Source of the DNA: Eledone cirrhosa
Lineage: Eukaryota
Direction: 5' to 3'
Length of the DNA: 64,000 nucleotides
Assembly: GCA_964016885.1 (NCBI GenBank)
Contig: OZ024754.1
Span: 25,048,001-25,112,000, forward strand
The notes below the pieces were generated by a model that saw only the letters and a program-made list of their open reading frames with translations, did not search any database and had not been told where the DNA came from. Of this stretch, positions 59,192-64,000 are shown in pieces. The translations under genes were made by a program, and so were the position numbers. Every line of letters starts with the position of its first letter. Positions within the stretch are counted from its first letter, which is position 1.

Positions 59192-61070
59192 ATATATGTA
59201 CAATTAAAGAGGCTGATAAAGGGAGTACAGTAGTCCTAATGGAGACAGAATTCTATATCAACTTAGCGCTCTCCACTTTGGAAAACGAAACATACTACGA
59301 AAAGGCTGAACACTGCAATCAAAAGAAAATTATGAGAAACCTAAAAACTCTAATCAACCATTACAAAGAAGGACTCACTAACAAGGAATTCAGCTTCATC
59401 ACAGACTTTTCTACGGTATCCCTAAAGTACATAAAACCGAATCAATAAGTAAGGCATGCAAGGAAGCCACAGACATAGTCATCAATGTCCCCTCACCCAA
59501 TGATCTCAAATTAAGACCTATAATAGCAGGCCCCGCTTGCGAAACGCACCGTCTTAGCAACTTCATTGATATCCTTCTCAAACCCTTCCTCAAGCACATC
59601 AAAAGCTATATAAGGGACGACCTAGATATGCTCAATCACCTCCCTAATATGCCACTTTCTGAACAAACCCTACTAGTGACGTTCGATGTAGTCAACCTAT
59701 ACTCCAACATCCCCCACAACCTAGGAATAGAAGCTATCCAATTCTGGCTGGATAATTTCCACAATGAACTCCCACAACGCATCAAAAAAGAATTCGTGAT
59801 AGAGGGACTCAAATTTATCTTGGAGAACAATTACTTCGTTTTCAATAACAAACCCTACAGGCAGAAATCTGGGACCGCTATGGGAACGAAACCAGCCCCC
59901 ACTTATGCCAACCTAGTCATGGGATACCTGGAAATCACCCTCTACACTAAAGTCCTAAACAAATTTGGAAACACCCCCCACTTACACATTGAAAGGAACT
60001 GGAAGCGATATCTAGATGATTGATTCATCCTTTGGCACGAAAACATCGAAAAACTTAATGAATTTCACACCCTTATAAATGGGCTCAACACAAATATTAA
60101 CTTCACGATGGAATACAGCCATCAACAACTCCCCTTCCTCGACATCCTCATTAAGATCCATAACAAAAAAATAGAAACAGACATATACTACAAGCCCACA
60201 GACTCCAAGCAATATCTCCCCTTCAACTCTTGCCACCCTAGACACGTTAAAATTAATATTCCCTACAACTTAGCCAAGATAATCTGTACTATAGTCTCCA
60301 ATAAAAACATCTGCTACTTACGGCTACAAGAACTAAAGGACACACTCATAGGCAGGGACTACCCTGCATCACTAATTGACAATGGAATCCAACGTGCCCT
60401 AAAACTCAGTACCCAGGACCTTAGACACCCTAAAGTAAATCAACCAAAACTAAAAGCTCTTCCATACATCTCCACACACAACCTCCTCAACAATGAGGCC
60501 TTTGACACCATCCCCCAGAACATCCCTGTATTGAAAAAGGACCATAGAATGATCCAAATTCTACGAACAAACGATATCATAAAGAGCAAAAGACAATCCA
60601 AGTCAATGAAAAACATCTTAACACATGCCAAAGTACTGCCAACCACAACAACGAAACCCACAGTAAAAAAATGCGATAGACCCAACTGTGGAATTTGCAT
60701 CAACCTAATAGAGGGTCCGGAATTCTATTTCAAAGATGGACAACGTTTTACAGTAAAACACAATTTCACATGTGCATCGGAAATACTAATATATGTATTA
60801 ACTTGTTCAGGTTGTCGAGAACAATACATAGGCCAGACCAAACACAGCCTCCGCCAACGCATGACTGTCCATAGATCCCAAATCAAAATACGGAAATACA
60901 GGAAAATACCACTGAGTGAACACATTGATACCTGTGCCGCCCAAAATCATCCCAACTTCAGAATCTTTCCCCTCTACAAATTTAAAGATAATGCCACCCA
61001 CACCCAGCGCATCAGCAAGGAATCTTACTTCATTAACAAATACGGACCCCGTCTAAACACTTCTCCCTAA
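59192..61070 (+). pseudogene. PLE family 3 (Neptune-like) RT + GIY-YIG, 5'-truncated and disrupted
   Basis: [75 protein letters not shown]....CGIC linker, LIYVLTC..C...YIGQT. There is a deletion/frameshift near 59410 and an in-frame TGA at 60021-60023. Confidence 0.92.
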
Positions 61071-61187
61071 GACGAACCCACAACATACACACGTCAACAT
61101 ACATACCTACATCAGCACACATCTCTACCCACATATAAACACAATGACATACGTAAACACACATGCTCTATGGTGCAACACAAAAAA

Positions 61188-61731
<544 letters not shown>

Positions 61732-62089
61732 CAGAGCCACTTTTTTAACATAAAAACAGTCTTGGCGCATAATCAATTTTTTACATTCACATGACCTCTA
61801 CCGACCAATCAAAATTGTTTTGACCACAAGAATTTTTGCAAATTGGAGCCACTTTTTTAACATAAAAACAGGTAGAATTCCCAAAACTAATCAGATCAGA
61901 GCAAACAGCACGGACACTCTATCTCAAAATTATTTTTGAAAAGCATTTAGAAATGCGCAACCGGTAAAAACTTAAAAACTTAAAACCACAACTGAATACT
62001 AACCCATACAATCACTAATACTCACAATTCCTAATTAAACCATTTTTCAACTGTGAACAATTTGTCAGCATTTTCTATTCCGTTTACCA

Positions 62090-64000
<1,911 letters not shown>

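Noticed and set aside
58996-59448. 150-aa ORF as an independent gene
   Set aside because: It is a chimera of pLTR, a (TA)n tract and the DKG region of PLE3.
61143-61180. Possible SECIS (atga...aaa...) after the PLE3 stop
   Set aside because: It lacks the 3' GA of the kink-turn and a proper helix.
61734-61871. Direct repeat gagccactttttt(t)aacataaaaacag
   Set aside because: Only two short copies, with no element structure I can support.

Overview
Gene-free, AT-rich eukaryotic repeat DNA, probably from an invertebrate animal (inference). Positions 1-22.8 kb are a higher-order repeat (~5 kb unit, ~10 kb dimer) built from three satellites (A ~460 bp, B 300 bp, AT-rich C ~300 bp) and (TA)n/(GT)n microsatellites. 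Positions 23-25.3 kb are satellite C, and 25.3-44.8 kb are a pure satellite-A array. Positions 44.8-61.1 kb are a nest of Penelope-like retroelements (PLEs; RT + GIY-YIG) from three families, in tandem and inverted arrangement. Satellite A resumes in the opposite orientation at 62.1-64 kb. Main result: satellites A and B are unrelated in sequence, yet each monomer carries a type I hammerhead ribozyme (HHR) of the same unusual architecture (U.U at the base of stem II, AAYA loop, UAU bulge in stem I, palindromic stem III, GUA site). They look like retrozyme-type tandem arrays. The main PLE family carries a third HHR variant (U3-A8 core, long stem II), and a fourth, degenerate HHR precedes the Neptune-like PLE. 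Folds were derived by eye and activity is untested.
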